This document shows positions 1 to 13,619 of a stretch of 64,000 bases of DNA, in pieces. A program made the translations under genes and the position numbers. The notes beneath the pieces were generated by a model that had not been told where the DNA came from, made no database searches, and saw only the letters and a list, made by a program, of their open reading frames with translations. How positions within the stretch are numbered: the first letter of the stretch is position 1; each line of letters opens with the position of its first letter. This DNA comes from Octopus vulgaris (taxonomy: Eukaryota), in assembly GCA_951406725.2 (NCBI GenBank), contig OX597831.1, positions 65,348,001 to 65,412,000 on the forward strand. Reading direction: 5' to 3'.

Positions 1-2112
1 TACTGTAGAGTGTGGGGACTGAGGAGCATTCCTACATTTCACGCTGTAGAGTTGTTAGGGCCTTTCTATGCTGAAGTAGAGATAAAAGTTCACCCATTTC
101 CAGCATCATGATATTTTACTTTGAGATCACTGTGATTAAAATGGTGTTTTTGTATTCAAATAATACCAATATTTTGCTTGACAGCAGATGTAGTGAGTTC
201 AGGTAATTGATTTATGGGGTTTAATGTTCGGACATTGAAGATGGAAATGTTGAAATCCTTTTGTTTTTACATTTCAAAAGGTTAGATTTTGAGTTTGACT
301 TTGTTATTAACTTTTTGAACACCGTGGCTGAAGCCACACCTTTAGCAGGATGTGCCCCTTGTTGACACATGCGATAGGTGAAGCAGTTTAAGTGTCTGAT
401 ATGAGAAAAGATTATGCTTTATCTTTCATTAGCTGAACATTTTATGTGGCAACAACTGCTAAACCTATTGATGTTGCAGTTGTTGCCTTACTAAACTGGG
501 TGGCCCTGGGTCTTGCCTTTTATGATTTCTTTCACCCAGTATCTTTGTGTGTTTTGCCTGGTGGCAGATAGCACCTGCTCTGCCAAAACAAACACATCTG
601 TCATGCTGCTTCCCCTGGCTTCATCGTGACACCCTGGCTCAAAGGTTTTTCATTGGGTGATTATTTTAACCTGGATCCTAGCCCTCGACCTGTCAGGTGT
701 AGGTGGCCCTACAGGAGCACACATATAAACGTATAAAAAAACATGAAAAATATAAAAATATAAAAAAAATATAAGGTTTAAAAATATAGATATAAATAGA
801 ATAAAAATATATAAACAATATATACAAATGTACACCTTATTGTTTGGTGTTACCTACTCATGAGTTCCTCTGCCCTTTGACAGGTTTCATCTTTCAAAGG
901 TTTTTTCAAAATAAATGACAGTGGCTTATTCTTAGTTTGCTCTTACTCTCTAGTACTACTGTTACATCTTTCTGGCATAAACATGAAAAGTGAATTCTTT
1001 TTCTAATTAGTTGTGCTCCAAGTTACTTTCATAACTTGGTCCATCAGTTTGATATTTTTTTAGTTACTTTCCAGAACATTTCCTTAACCTTTGTTGGAAT
1101 TGGTGATATTGCTAAGTTAGTCATTGGGTATGACACTACCTTATACTATCTGATTGAGTTTCTCAAATATTTTCAGCACATCTCTGCTGGTCTGCTTGCC
1201 TTCTCTGTCTTCATATCTTAATTACGCTTTAGACTATACAGCTGTCAATTTTAACGGCCAGTTCTACTGTTAGGGCCCATTTATCACAATCTCTGGTTCC
1301 CTTTTTCCTCTACAGATTCTCCTCATTCAGCAACCACCCATAACATTTCATAGCCTTTTTGTTCTGGGTCTTGGTGAGCATAAATGTACTATTGGCTGTC
1401 ATTCAGAACACGCTTTTCTTTAACAATGACATCATTCATGCACTGACAGTACTTCACATTTGGAACATCTTACACTTCTGATCCTCTTATCACAAAACAT
1501 TGGCAAACCTCTTTCTGTAATTTCTACTTCTCCCTCTGCTATTTCTGATTTTCAGTTTCTCTTCAAGCTACCTGATTACTCACTCTCCCCTTTCATCCAA
1601 AGCTTTCATAGCCCTATCTCCTTCTATTATCCGCCACCATGTGACTTTTTATCTCGCTGTTACCTTGCTCCAGTTACATCTAGTCTGGCTCATAGCAAAT
1701 TGTTTTGTTGAAACTCTCAGTTTTTCTTAGTTATAGGTCAATTTCTGAAATTATGTAGCAGAGGGATCTCCCATCTCCTATACCTCCCTTCTTTAGATTG
1801 TTTTGTACATCTGAATTAATCTAGTATTTACTTTGAAGTCACTAATCTATATTGAGTGCTATATTCTTCTTCAGAGTAAAACTTAATATTCATAACCATT
1901 ATCTCTCTTATTGTCTGGTTAATGGGAAATCTGTCTGGCTTGTGTGATCACCTGATTGGTAGACAATCAATTGGCTGGCTAGTTTCCTGAAGTTAGTGTT
2001 GCAGATGTGTCATTTGTATCACAGAAGTTAAGGAGTCTTGAGTCTTCTTTATTCCTTGTATCACATCAGTAACCTACATATATGCTAGAGTAGCCATCAT
2101 GGTGCTGTTTAA

Positions 2113-2445
2113 CATCATCATCATTTAACGTCCGCTTTCCATGCTAGCATGGGTTGGACGGTTCAACTGGGGTCTGGGAAGCCAGAAGGCTGCACCAGGC
2201 CCAGTCTGATCTGGCAATGTTTCCACGGCTGGATGTCCTTCCTAACGCCAACCACTCCATGAGTGTAGTGGGTGCCTTTTACGTGCCAGACGAGGCTGGC
2301 AAACGGCCACAATCGGATGGTGCTTTTTACGTGCCACCAGCACGGGGACCAGGCAAGGCTGGCAAATGGCCACGATCGGATGGTGCTTTTTACATGCCAC
2401 CGGCACTGGTATCACAGCTACAATTTCCATTGATGTTGATCCATT
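2113..2445 (-). mobile_element. RTE-tail SINE copy (3' portion)
   Basis: Reverse complement of ...GTCCAACCCATGCTAGCATGGAAAGCGGACGTTAAATGATGATG tail plus the GGCGTTAGGAAGG-CATCCAGC block; more than 10 related copies in the window. Confidence 0.8.
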
Positions 2446-2699
2446 AAAATTACCAGCTGCGATAATTGTTGTCATTTGTTACCAAAGTGGTTTATGGGGG
2501 CACCTTATAGATTGTCTTGATTGTGATGCATGAACTGAGACAACTGTTGTCATTAGATTTCCTATGACTAGTCTATGCTTAATGATTCTACCACTTGCTC
2601 TGGCCACCTCATTCACTTTATTCATTTCTCTGCCAATAATTTGTCTATTCCACTCATTCCAACCCAGCATTGTTACCCACCCAGAAGAACTTGCATCTA

Positions 2700-4010
2700 A
2701 GCTAGAAGCTACAGAGCAGGTTTGTGGCTGGAACCAGATGGAAGATAGCATGGTGGTAGAATACTACTTTCGATACAGCCATAAAAGCTAAAAGACAATC
2801 GTAGAAATAATGGAAAAAAGGAGCCAGCAAAAAACAATATCATGTTGCTAGAAGAGAAACTAGTTGCCAAATTTACATAGCACAGAGAGGCTTGCCAATG
2901 TTCTCCATGAAAAGGATGAGAGGTGAAAGATTGCTAAGCAGAATGTCAGGTGGATAAAGAAAGAGGCTTAGAACTATTACTACAAGAGATTGCTAAATAT
3001 GGGAAATATGTGGAAGGAAAAGCAACTATCTGAAGTATACTTGACAGAGGGTCCATCTATTGAGATAGACAGTTATTTGGTCAATGTGGCTATTAAGAAT
3101 ATGAAGACAGAAAGCAGTTGGTTCATCTGAGATGCTAAAAAAATATCTTGATGAACAAAAGCTCAAGCTAGTCAGCCACATAGTTAAGTAATGCCCAAGA
3201 TTTGTTACAAGGGCTAAGGAAATATTCTAGAAAGAAACATCTACAGATATATTTAACAAATTGATCAATTTATGAAAGTAATAGGGTCTTAGCACAATTG
3301 ATTATGAAAATAACTCACTTAGATGAGATGCAGTTTGGAACGTCATCTGATCCCCTCTTCATAGTGAAACAACTGGAAGAGAAATTCTTAAGAACAAGCC
3401 TCTTTATCCAGCATTTGTTGATCTGTAGTTTAGAGGACACTAAGGAAAAATTATGAGTGGCTGGCAAGGGCAGCGCAAGCCATATATAGATATGGTCAGC
3501 AAAGTGAGAATTGGCAATGAGTTTGGATGCAAGTAGGTGTCCATCAAGGCTCAGTTTTCAGCACCTTCCTATTTGTTATAGTCTTCCTAACCATAATAGG
3601 TGTTTAAAACCATTTGTCTGTAGAACGTATGATGATGATCTACTCCTTTTAGTAGAGACTGAAGGATTTAGAGAAGGTCCAGATGTGGAAACAAAACCCT
3701 GAACCAAGAAGTTGCAGAGTAAACATATCAAAGTTTTAGTAAGGAAGAAGACAGGCCACTAATACTGTCAAGAAACTAAACGGTCATGCTCAATATGCAG
3801 AAAAGGTGTCAGTAGAAATTCCATACACTAGTGCAGTTAGCAGTCAATGCAGTTGTAAAGTAACTTCCTCGCAAAAACTCCCAAGATTTTATAGTAGTTG
3901 ATAGTTTCTGTTACTTAGGTGACCTAATCAGGAGTGGAGATGAGTATGCTGAAAGCATGGTAACCAGAATAAGAATGGGGTGGAAAGATTCAGGAAGCTG
4001 TTAGCCGGTG
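2700..4010 (+). mobile_element. Decayed RTE-clade LINE reverse transcriptase remnant
   Basis: Broken frames read FIVKQLEEKF, AFVDL, GVHQGSV, YDDDL and VDSFCYLGDL, matching RTE RT motifs; many stops and frameshifts. Confidence 0.65.
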
Positions 4011-4519
4011 AACCGATATTTGCTTTGGCCTCTTTACGGAGAGTACTGGGTGCTTTTAATGTAGTGCTGGCACTAGTGAAGTCACCAGGTGACTCACAAG
4101 GCAAAATCCCTTAACTGAAATAAGGTGTAGGAAGGTGGCTTTCTACCAGTTAACAAGAGATAGGACAGTAATAGGTGTGTTTGCTGTTGATGAGATACAT
4201 GATTAATCCAGCTGGAAAAGTGAAGAAGACAATGATGTAGATGTGTCACGAGGTGAGTGGGTAGGTCCACAAGTGTGGAAAGAGAGTGGCAGATGGACAT
4301 GAGGGGAATGCAGTGGGTGGGGATCAGTTGCGAAGGTGGAAGAAGTAGGAGTGGGTTACAGAGGTAATAGGTGGCAGCATAGTTGATGTGAAGTGTGTAG
4401 GAGTGGGATGTGAGGGATGAAGTCAGAGGTGGAAAGGGATGATGGGAGAGGACCTTGGTGGCTAAATGAGAAGGTGTACAGAAGAAAAAAAATATAACAC
4501 ATAATAATTATATATGATC

Positions 4520-4760
4520 CTCTCTTCTGTTTTCCCTGTCCTGAAGTCATTCCATGTCTTCCTGGGTCTCCCTCTTCCATGTGTTCCATCCACTTTGAGA
4601 GACCAACACTTCTTTATGGAACTGTCGGCATCCATTGCATCACATGACATGTTCACTGCATCTAATTCCTCTTATGCCTAACTTTCTCAATAACTCTTAT
4701 GATGATCATCATTTTTAAGACTACTTTTTTCATGCTGGCATAGGTTAGACAACACTTGAT
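4520..4760 (-). mobile_element. RTE LINE 3' end fragment
   Basis: ORF 4462..4656 contains LKVDGTHGRGRPRKTW, the GRGRP..W motif at the RTE ORF C-terminus. Confidence 0.55.
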
Positions 4761-5097
4761 GAGGTATTCTACAGCCAAATACCCATCCTAGCCCTATTCC
4801 TTTGTTTTCCAAGTAAGGTGTATTTTCACTGATCCATCCCCATGTCTAAACAACTGAGCAACAAAATGCATTGATTTTGTTGGAGACATAAGACTATCAC
4901 CACATATACAGTGTCAGTTTGAAGACATGCTGAAATAAACATTCATATACACGATGACCTTCCATACAATTTCCATCTACCAATTTCACACACAAAGCAA
5001 TTAGTCAACTAAAAGTTGTAGTAGAAAGCACTTGTCCAAAGTACCATGCAGTAGCATACATTGTGTGTGTGTGGGTGAATGCGTTTGTTTGGACATA

Positions 5098-5099
<2 letters not shown>

Positions 5100-5128
<29 letters not shown>

Positions 5129-5525
5129 TTGTTTCAGTGTTTCAGTCATTTGCCTGTGGCCATGCTGGAGCACCGCCTTTAGTCGAGCAAATCGACCCCG
5201 GGACTTATTCTTTGTAAGCCCAGTACTTATTCTATCGGTCTCTTTTGCCAAACCGCTAAGTGACGGGGACGTAAACACACCAGCATCGGTTGTCAAGCAA
5301 TGCTAGGGGGACAACCACAGACACACAAACACGCATACACACATATATATATATACATACATATATACAACAGGCTTCTTTCAGTTTCTGTCTACCAAAT
5401 CCACTCACAAGACATTGGTCGGCCCGGGGCTATAGCAGAAGACACTTGCCCAAGATGCCACGCAGTGGGACTGAACCCGGAACCATGTGGTTGGTTAGCA
5501 AGCTACTTACCACACAGCCACTCCT
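5100..5525 (-). mobile_element. tRNA-derived SINE, near full length, with internal (TA)n
   Basis: Minus-strand head GGAGTGGCTGTGTGGTAAG...GGGTTCAGTCCCAC (A/B-box-like) and tail ...CTGAAACAAGTAAAAGAG; near-identical copies at 53120 and 61630. Confidence 0.85.
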
Positions 5526-5774
5526 GTTTACATTCCTCATAAAGAATATGAGTTTTTTATGATTTCAAAAACCAGTAGGATAAAAAAAATGAAAAATCCT
5601 TTATGTGAGAAACAGAAGGGTTGGTAACAGGAAGGACACCTGGCTGTTAATTACTACCTCAGTAAATTTCCATCTGACTCATGCCCACTTGTAAAAATCG
5701 ATGTGAATTGAATGGATAAATTTTTTTTTTTGTTATAATCAGGGGTGGGAAAAGGGTAAGAAGCCAGAGGAAAT

Positions 5775-6115
5775 CATCATCATCGTTTAACGTCCATATT
5801 CCACGCTAGCAAGGGTTGGACGGTTCAACTGGGGTCTGGGAAGCCAGAAGGCTGCACCAGGCCAGTCAGATCTGGCAGTGTTTCTACAGCTGGATGCCCT
5901 TCCTAACGCCAACCGCTCCGAGAGTGTAGTGGGTGATTTTATGTGCCACCGACACAGGTGCCAGACGAGGCTGGCGAACGGCCACACTCGGATGGTGTTT
6001 TTTACGTGCCACCGGCATGGCCAGTCAATGTGGTACTGGCTACGGCCACGTTCGGATGGTTTTCGTATGTGCCACCGGCACTGGTACCACAAAGCTACAA
6101 ATTCCATTAATGTTC
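5775..6115 (-). mobile_element. RTE-tail SINE copy
   Basis: Same family as 2113-2445, with (GAT)n tail on the minus strand. Confidence 0.8.
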
Positions 6116-7923
6116 ATAAAACCTATAATTTTCTAATGCTCCAACTTCCACTTTTTTTACTCACTCCTTGAATATATTTTGTTAGTTCAAGAGAAACAAC
6201 TCAACCAAGAGGTTTTTTTAGTGAGTCATGTTTTTTTTTTTAAAACTTCAGTGTCATGATGCATAATCAGAAAGCATGCATACTTCTTGTATTGTCAGAT
6301 GAGTAATGGGTGCCTTTCTAGATTGTTCCTGGGCTTATATAATCCAAGCATTGAGTTTTTGACCATATCATGTATTTATAAAGAATGCTGTATTATTTCA
6401 AACATTGTACTCGTATCATGTCAGGTGATTCAAATGTTTATTTAGCACTTAAATGATATATAAACTATATAGTTTTCTTCAATTTTATTTTTCAATATAT
6501 TTTTTTTTGTTAATATTGTTTGATTATTATTATTGTTTGTTTAGGAAAAATGCCATTTTCTAAAGATGAGAGAATGTTCATTGTCCTAAAAATGGTACAA
6601 TGTAATGTTAATCCTGTTCTGTTGTCAGGGCATATCTAGTTCAAGTATCAGGAGTGGTCCTTGTGGTTTGTAATACGAATGACCGGATAACAGACCAGCT
6701 ATCCTGAGTCCCTGAGTCATGAGCCAATGAAATTACTGAAGTTGAGGGGAATGTGTTTATAATTGTAGTGACAATTAGGGAAGGCTTTAAGGAGGTAGGA
6801 AGGAAGAGAGCATTCATTAAAAAACTCAACTGACCTCAGTTGTTATATTCTAATGCTAAGGTCCCTTTAGCATTTATATATTAATTACTAAAGGGACTTT
6901 TGAATACTGTGAGTGTGTGTGTGTGTTATGTAGCTTGTTGGTAAATGATTAGTATAGAAGATGGCCGGACAATTCTTTATGGTCAGTTGAACGTTTGCTT
7001 AAAGTATGTTTTTGAAACATTAGCCTATGAAGAAGTGCAGAGATTTAGCTTTACAAAAGAATCAAGATTTTTCCTGATTGGTATAGAAGTAGAAAATATA
7101 TTTTGGCTTGTCTTCATCCAAAGCGAATGAAGTATATAATATTTCAGAATGTGGTTTGAAATTATAGTTATTTGAAAAAGCTTGTGATGGCATGTGTGTG
7201 TGTATGTCTTTTGTTGATGATTATAAAAATGACATAAGCATGAAAGCTTCTTCACAAGAATGTGGCAAAAGAAATTAATCTCATTTGAGCCAGATCCAGT
7301 TTGCTAAAAGTTAGTGTGTGAAGAATAAAAGAGAAGTAAACTGAAAGGTTTATGCCAGATGACTGACAACTTAGAAGCATCTAATTGCTGCATATGCAAT
7401 TTATTGGTTTACTGTATCATGTACAAGAAATCTGATAGAACTCACATGTCAACTTCATTTAATCTTCTTTATTAAAATATTTTTCCTTTTTCATGTTGAT
7501 AAATATTTTCTGCAAAAATATTGACTAAATTACAGAAAGCAGGACAAGATAGATAGTGGTAGTAGAGCCAATGCAAAATACAGGCATTCGCTTGGGACGG
7601 AATGTGATTTTGGCACCGTTTATCACCACATTTCTCTGCAGTTTGATGTGAATTTATTTACTCCCTTGTCTTATTACCTAATTACAATGTCAGATGTTCA
7701 ATGATTTCTACAGGGCACAGTATTGAAGGTATAGATGTATGGACACAGATGTATAGTTATTAGTTTCTTTAAGAATATGTTTCAAAATAAGAAAACAAAA
7801 TAGCGAACTCGCAATAGTTGAAAATGTAATTATCTAACCATACATTATTTGCATTGCCATATTGCATGTTAAAACACATTGAATATTTCATGTTTCTAAC
7901 TTTCTAAGTTCATTTTCTAACAG

Positions 7924-8001
7924 GGAATTATGTTAGTCTACGATATCACAAATGAAAAATCATTTGAAAACATAAGAAATTGGATTCGGAATATTGAAGA
8001 G
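7924..8001 (+). CDS. RAB8: Rab8-type small GTPase, internal exon ([26 protein letters not shown])
   Basis: 78 nt, flanked by ttttctaacag and gtaagt, phase 0/0; translation is nearly identical to the Rab8 beta4-alpha3 region. Confidence 0.97.
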
Positions 8002-8246
8002 GTAAGTTTAACCAAGTTTTATTAGTTTTGTAAAAATTGAAATAAAAAAGAGCTAGTGAGAGTGAGATACATTTGTTCCAGTAGTGTATATTAAGAATAT
8101 TCTGTTCACAATTATCATTTTTTTTTTTCTGGCTGTTATTTTGAAGAAATTATTCTTATTTTTTGAAAATGAGAGCCTTCAAAATATTGTACACTTGTTA
8201 AAATAAAATCAATTCTTTGTCCTTATTAGTATTATTTTTACACTGT

Positions 8247-8680
8247 AAGGCGGCGAGCTGGCAGAATTGTTAGTATGCTGGGCAAAATACTTAGTGGCAT
8301 TTCGCCCATCTTTACATTCTGAGTTCAAATTCTGCTGAGGTTGACTTTGCTTTTCAATTTTTCAGGGTCGATAAAATAAGTACCAGTTGAGCACTGGGGT
8401 TGATGTAATTGACTTACCTCCTCCCTTGAAATTGCTGGCCTTGTGTTAGAATTTGAAACCAATATTTTAAGGCAGTGAGGTTGCAGAATTATTACCTGTG
8501 CCAGGCAAAATGTTTAGTGGCATTTCATCTGTCTTTGTGTTCTGAGTTCAAATTCTGTCAACTTTACTTTTTGTCTTATCAGTCAATAAAATAAGTACCA
8601 GAACACTGGGAGTTGATATGATCGACATCTCCCCTCCCCTCGATATTGCTGGCCTTGTGCCAAAATTTGAAATCAATCTT
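8247..8680 (+). mobile_element. Two tandem copies of a short SINE (AAGGCGGCGAGCTGGCAGAA head)
   Basis: Units ~8247-8465 and ~8468-8680 share GAGTTCAAATTCTG and ATAAAATAAGTACCAG; TTTTACACTGT occurs on both flanks (TSD-like). Confidence 0.75.
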
Positions 8681-9090
8681 ATTTTACACTGTGATGAGAA
8701 CTATGTCTCCAGTTATCTCTAACATAAAAAATAACAAATAAATTAAATGTTTATCGGTTAAATTATACAGACCTTGTTTTGTAGTACATATTTTGACTTA
8801 AAGTACAAAGTATGCCAAAATATTTTCAAAAAGTGAACTTGACTAAAAAAAATAATGTTTGAGAACCACTGCTCTAGACTATGAGATGTACTCTTATTGT
8901 GTATGAGAGTATAGATTGAATCTGAAGTAATTTAAAGTTTGAATGAAGTTATTATATAATTAATCTGAACAGATATATTGGGATGCATGGACTGACTATT
9001 AAATATTAAAATGGTAACAATGATGCTAAATTATTAGAAATAATGATTATGAATTCTGATAATAATAATCTGCATTTATTTTATTTGCAG

Positions 9091-9180
9091 CACGCTTCTA
9101 AAGACGTTGAGAAAATGATTTTAGGTAACAAATGTGATATGAATGATCGACGACAGGTATCTAAGGAAAGAGGAGAACAG
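9091..9180 (+). CDS. RAB8: Rab8-type GTPase exon ([30 protein letters not shown])
   Basis: 90 nt, ttatttgcag/gtaaat, contains G4 motif GNKCD, phase 0/0. Confidence 0.97.
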
Positions 9181-9278
9181 GTAAATACACACACATGCAG
9201 TTATTTTGTCTTTCAAGCATAGAATGAATGACTTTTATAACATTTTATTTATTCAATACTGTGATTGTTTATACTATA

Positions 9279-9650
9279 CTAGCACTATGACCCAGCAACG
9301 CCAGGTCATAATGCTAGTGCATGCATATACAGCTGCGTGCGTGCGCACATACACGCGAGTACTGTCCAAATCTCTGACCAATCACAAACAGCTAGCTGGC
9401 ATTCAATTGGCGTATCAAGATTCAGGCATTTTGATTGGGTTTTGGATAGAAAATTCACAAAAAAGTGACTTCTATTGATTTTTTAATAGCGTTGCAGGAT
9501 GACTGGGGAAATGTAAAGATGTGCATGACCACCCTTGGCCGGTTTTGAATGACCGTAGAAAGTGTGAGCCCTCTATCTGAAAAATTGTGGATTTGTATAA
9601 AGGACACACACACACACACAGATATTTTGCCGTTTATATATATATATAGA
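9279..9650 (-). mobile_element. Non-autonomous Helitron-like element
   Basis: Minus strand ends in CTAG with a GC-rich hairpin just upstream and starts with TC in a TA-rich context. Confidence 0.6.
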
Positions 9651-9652
9651 GA

Positions 9653-10049
9653 CTAGCAGTATCGCCCGGCGTTGCTCGGGTTTGTAAGGGAAATAACTAT
9701 ATAAGCATTTTTAGAGAGTTATAGCCAAAAAATAGGAAAAAAATGCATTAAAAATGGAAAAAAAAAATTAAGGTAAATTTCTTTTTAAATCGTTGACACA
9801 TCGTAGATATTTTTAGAGAGTTACTTCCCTTATATAATAGCGAAAAAAATGCATTAAAATGGAAAAATATGATGGTAAATTTTTTTAAATCGTAGACTCA
9901 TCGTAGACGCGCGCTAATACCCAGAAGGGCTCGATATGACTCACAACTATAAGATACCCGGTTTTGGTTACACTGCACCACAAAATGTGGGAGTAGTTAG
10001 GAATCTAAATCATAGGAGACAGACACACAACTTCACTCTTATATAAAGA
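9653..10049 (-). mobile_element. Non-autonomous Helitron-like element (second, adjacent)
   Basis: Minus-strand 3' end CCCGAGCAACGCCGGGCGATACTGCTAG (hairpin + CTAG); 5' end TC; internal ~120-bp duplication. Confidence 0.65.
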
Positions 10050-10148
10050 TATAAGTCACGTAGTTATATACACATACTTTGTTTAAAAGAAAATGTTATT
10101 TTGAATACAACATTTATAAAGAATAAAATATTTTTTGGTTTTTCTTAA

Positions 10149-10900
10149 CCCTTTCGTTACTATATTTCTGACCAAAATACACCCCTTATGTGTTTCAATT
10201 AATTTCTAACGTAATTAGTCTGGTTTCATTAAACAACAATAACTTTTTTATTTATCAATATATTAACGTGAATTTTGGAAGATAATTTAATGAAATGTCC
10301 TCAACCAATTCTATACTATAATTTTTGTCACAAAGTGACTCTAATTGCAGGTAGATACAGGTAAATTCAACAATATATAAAATTATTAAAATTTTGTTCA
10401 AACATCGCTATAGAAAATGGGTAATATTCAATTGGGTATACAACAAAATTTTACGATAGAATTTGTCATTCTGGGTAACTTTCTGATACCCATAATAATA
10501 TTTATGGCAAAATAGGCCTTAATTTCATTTAAGGTTGTGGGAAATAACAAACTATCATTTCTTTCGTTTTGTTTACGTTTAGCGTAACGTTTCGTTTCTG
10601 CCGTAATGATTTCAAATGGGCTCATTTGAAAAAGTAAATAGAAATAGTCTAAGGCTTTACTCTTCTGGGAAAGTCTGTGGCTTGGTGCAGTTTCTTCAGA
10701 AAAATCACCGAAAGAAACAGTTTTTAAATTTTCACTCCATTCAGGTACCAATTCGTTTTCTTTATCGCTGTCGGATTCACTGTTTTCACTTTAATAGCTG
10801 CAAACTTGCAAAGACAAAGGAGGAGAAGGGTGATAGCGTCAGTGAAACAATTCGCTCCCTTTGTGTGTGTGTGCGTTTGCGTGTGGTGTAAACCACATTA
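10149..10900 (-). mobile_element. piggyBac remnant with N-terminal transposase fragment
   Basis: TTAA|CCCTTTCG terminus at 10145-10149; ORF 10428..10751 has ALDYFYLLF...AETKRYA...TTLNEIKAYFAINIIMGIRKLP, typical of piggyBac/PGBD transposases; right boundary approximate. Confidence 0.8.
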
Positions 10901-11744
10901 AGAAAAACATTTGACATACACACCAGAATGTGAGTTTTCTGTAAATTTTGCTTAATTGGAGTTTAAATTTTAAAAACTGGACCTGGCATGACCCGATGCA
11001 TTCTACTCTTAAAAATGCTAGGTAAATTGTAATTGAAGAAATCCTATATTGTAGATTTCTATAAGTTACAAAGGGAGGCAGATAAAATCTGCCTTTTATA
11101 ATAAGAGATATCAGTCCTACACAGGTATTGACTATAGATATCAGTGTTCCTAACAAGGTATAAGTTCAGTTGGATACAATATCAAGCAACATAACTTACT
11201 GGCATATTTTTTATTTCATGACAATTCACGCAACTACTTTTTTATTCCATCTTCGGCATATGAGAATCTTAAGATGTCCAACAATAAGAATAGCAACTCT
11301 GCATCAAATATGACTCTTTTACATGACAAAAATTTTTCAATATTCTTCATTGCCTAAGCTGATACTTCCTGGCTCAAGTGGAACTGCACATGAGGTGCGT
11401 TTGTGGAATAATGCAATGAAGAGAAATTAATCTCTTCATTAACTACCTCTATCATGATAAGTTCCATCAAATTAAAAATTGTGTGAGATACCAAGAAGAA
11501 TTGAACCAGCTAGGGTGTAGTGTCTTATTATACCAGATAACTCTTTGAGCAAAATATTCAACATGACAAACGTTCTAGAACAAGGGACTCAACACAACAT
11601 TTGTTTTCTTCACAGCAGTACTTTGCTTGACTTGATGTTGAAAAGATTCTTCAGTTGCAGAATTTGACCCAAACTAGTTAAGCTTCATTGAGACAAAAAG
11701 GAAATCTGGTTCTGATAAGTGTGTGCTTTTGTGGGAACAGATAA

Positions 11745-13619
11745 CATCATCATCATCATCGTTTAACGTCCGCTTTCCATACTAGCATGGGTTGGACGGT
11801 TCAACTGGGTTCTGGGAAGCCAGGAGGCTGCACCAGGCTCCAGTCTGATCTGGCAGTGTTTCTACGGCTGGATGCCCTTCCTAATGCCAACCACTCCGTG
11901 AGTGTAGTGGGTGCTCTTTATGTGCCAGACGAGGCTGGCAAACGGCCACGATCGGATGGTGCTTTTTACATGCCACTGGCATGGAGGCCAGGCGAAGCTG
12001 GCAACGGCCATGATTGGATGGTGCTTTTTACGTGCCACTGGCATGGAGGCCAGGTGAGGCTGGCAAACGGCCACGATCGGATAGTGCTTTTTACGTGCCA
12101 CTGGCATGGAGGCCAGGTGAGGCTGGCAAACGGCCACGATCGGATGGTGCTTTTTACGTGCCACTGGCATGGAGGCCAGGTGAGGCTGGCAAACGGCCAC
12201 GATCGGATGGTGCTTTTTACGTGCCACTGGCATGGAGGCCAGGTGAGGCTGGCAAACGGCCACGATCGGATGGTGCTTTTTACGTGCCACTGGCATGGAG
12301 GCCAGGTGAGGCTGGCAAACGGCCACGATCGGATGGTGCTTTTTACGTGCCACTGGCATGGAGGCCAGGTGAGGCTGGCAAACGGCCACGATCGGATGGT
12401 GCTTTTTACGTGCCACTGGCATGGAGGCCAGGTGAGGCTGGCAAACGGCCACGATCGGATGGTGCTTTTTACGTGCCACTGGCATGGAGGCCAGGTGAGG
12501 CTGGCAAACGGCCACGATCGGATGGTGCTTTTACGTGCCACTGGCATGGAGGCCAGGTGAGGCTGGCAAACGGCCACGATCGGATGGTGCTTTTTACGTG
12601 CCACTGGCATGGAGGCCAGGTGAGGCTGGCAAACGGCCACGATCGGATGGTGCTTTTACGTGCCACTGGCATGGAGGCCAGGTGAGGCTGGCAAACGGCC
12701 ACGATCGGATGGTGCTTTTTACGTGCCACTGGCATGGAGGCCAGGTGAGGCTGGCAAACGGCCACGATCGGATGGTGCTTTTTACGTGCCACTGGCATGG
12801 AGGCCAGGTGAGGCTGGCAAACGGCCACGATCGGATGGTGCTTTTTACGTGCCACTGGCATGGAGGCCAGGTGAGGCTGGCAAACGGCCACGTTCGGATG
12901 GTGCTTTTTACGTGCCACTAGCATGGAGGCCAGGTGAGGCTGGCAAACGGCCACGATCGGATGGTGCTTTTTACGTGCCACTGGCATGGAGGCCAGGTGA
13001 GGCTGGCAAACGGCCACGATCGGATGGTGCTTTTTACGTGCCACTGGCATGGAGGCCAGGTGAGGCTGGCAAACGGCCACGATCGGATGGTGCTTTTTAC
13101 GTGCCACTGGCATGGAGGCCAGGTGAGGCTGGCAAACGGCCACGATCGGATGGTGCTTTTTACGTGCCACTGGCATGGAGGCCAGGTGAGGCTGGCAAAC
13201 GGCCACGATCGGATGGTGCTTTTTACGTGCCACTGGCATGGAGGCCAGGTGAGGCTGGCAAACGGCCACGATCGGATGGTGCTTTTTACGTGCCACTGGC
13301 ATGGAGGCCAGGTGAGGCTGGCAAACGGCCACGATCGGATGGTGCTTTTTACGTGCCACTGGCATGGAGGCCAGGTGAGGCTGGCAAACGGCCACGATCG
13401 GATGGTGCTTTTTACGTGCCACTGGCATGGAGGCCAGGTGAGGCTGGCAAACGGCCACGATCGGATGGTGCTTTTTACGTGCCACTGGCATGGAGGCCAG
13501 GTGAGGCTGGCAAACGGCCACCACGATCGGATGGTGCTTTTTACGTGCCACTGGCATGGAGGCCAGGTGAGGCTGGCAAACGGCCACGTTCGGATGGTGC
13601 TTTTTACGTGCCACTAGCA
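11745..13619 (-). mobile_element. RTE-tail SINE carrying an expanded internal tandem array
   Basis: (CAT)n plus family tail at 11745-11925, running directly into the 63-bp array. Confidence 0.85.
11930..13619. repeat. 63-bp minisatellite, ~27 units
   Basis: Unit TGCCACTGGCATGGAGGCCAGGTGAGGCTGGCAAACGGCCACGATCGGATGGTGCTTTTTACG; 21-aa periodicity in the ORF track; no unique spacers. Confidence 0.97.

Noticed and set aside
6550-6600. MPFSKDERMFIVLK, resembling a Tc1-like transposase start
   Set aside because: Too short, and no TIR or downstream domain found
1-7923. Upstream Rab8 exons (GDSGVGKT, WDTAGQERF)
   Set aside because: Not seen by eye; presumably 5' of the window
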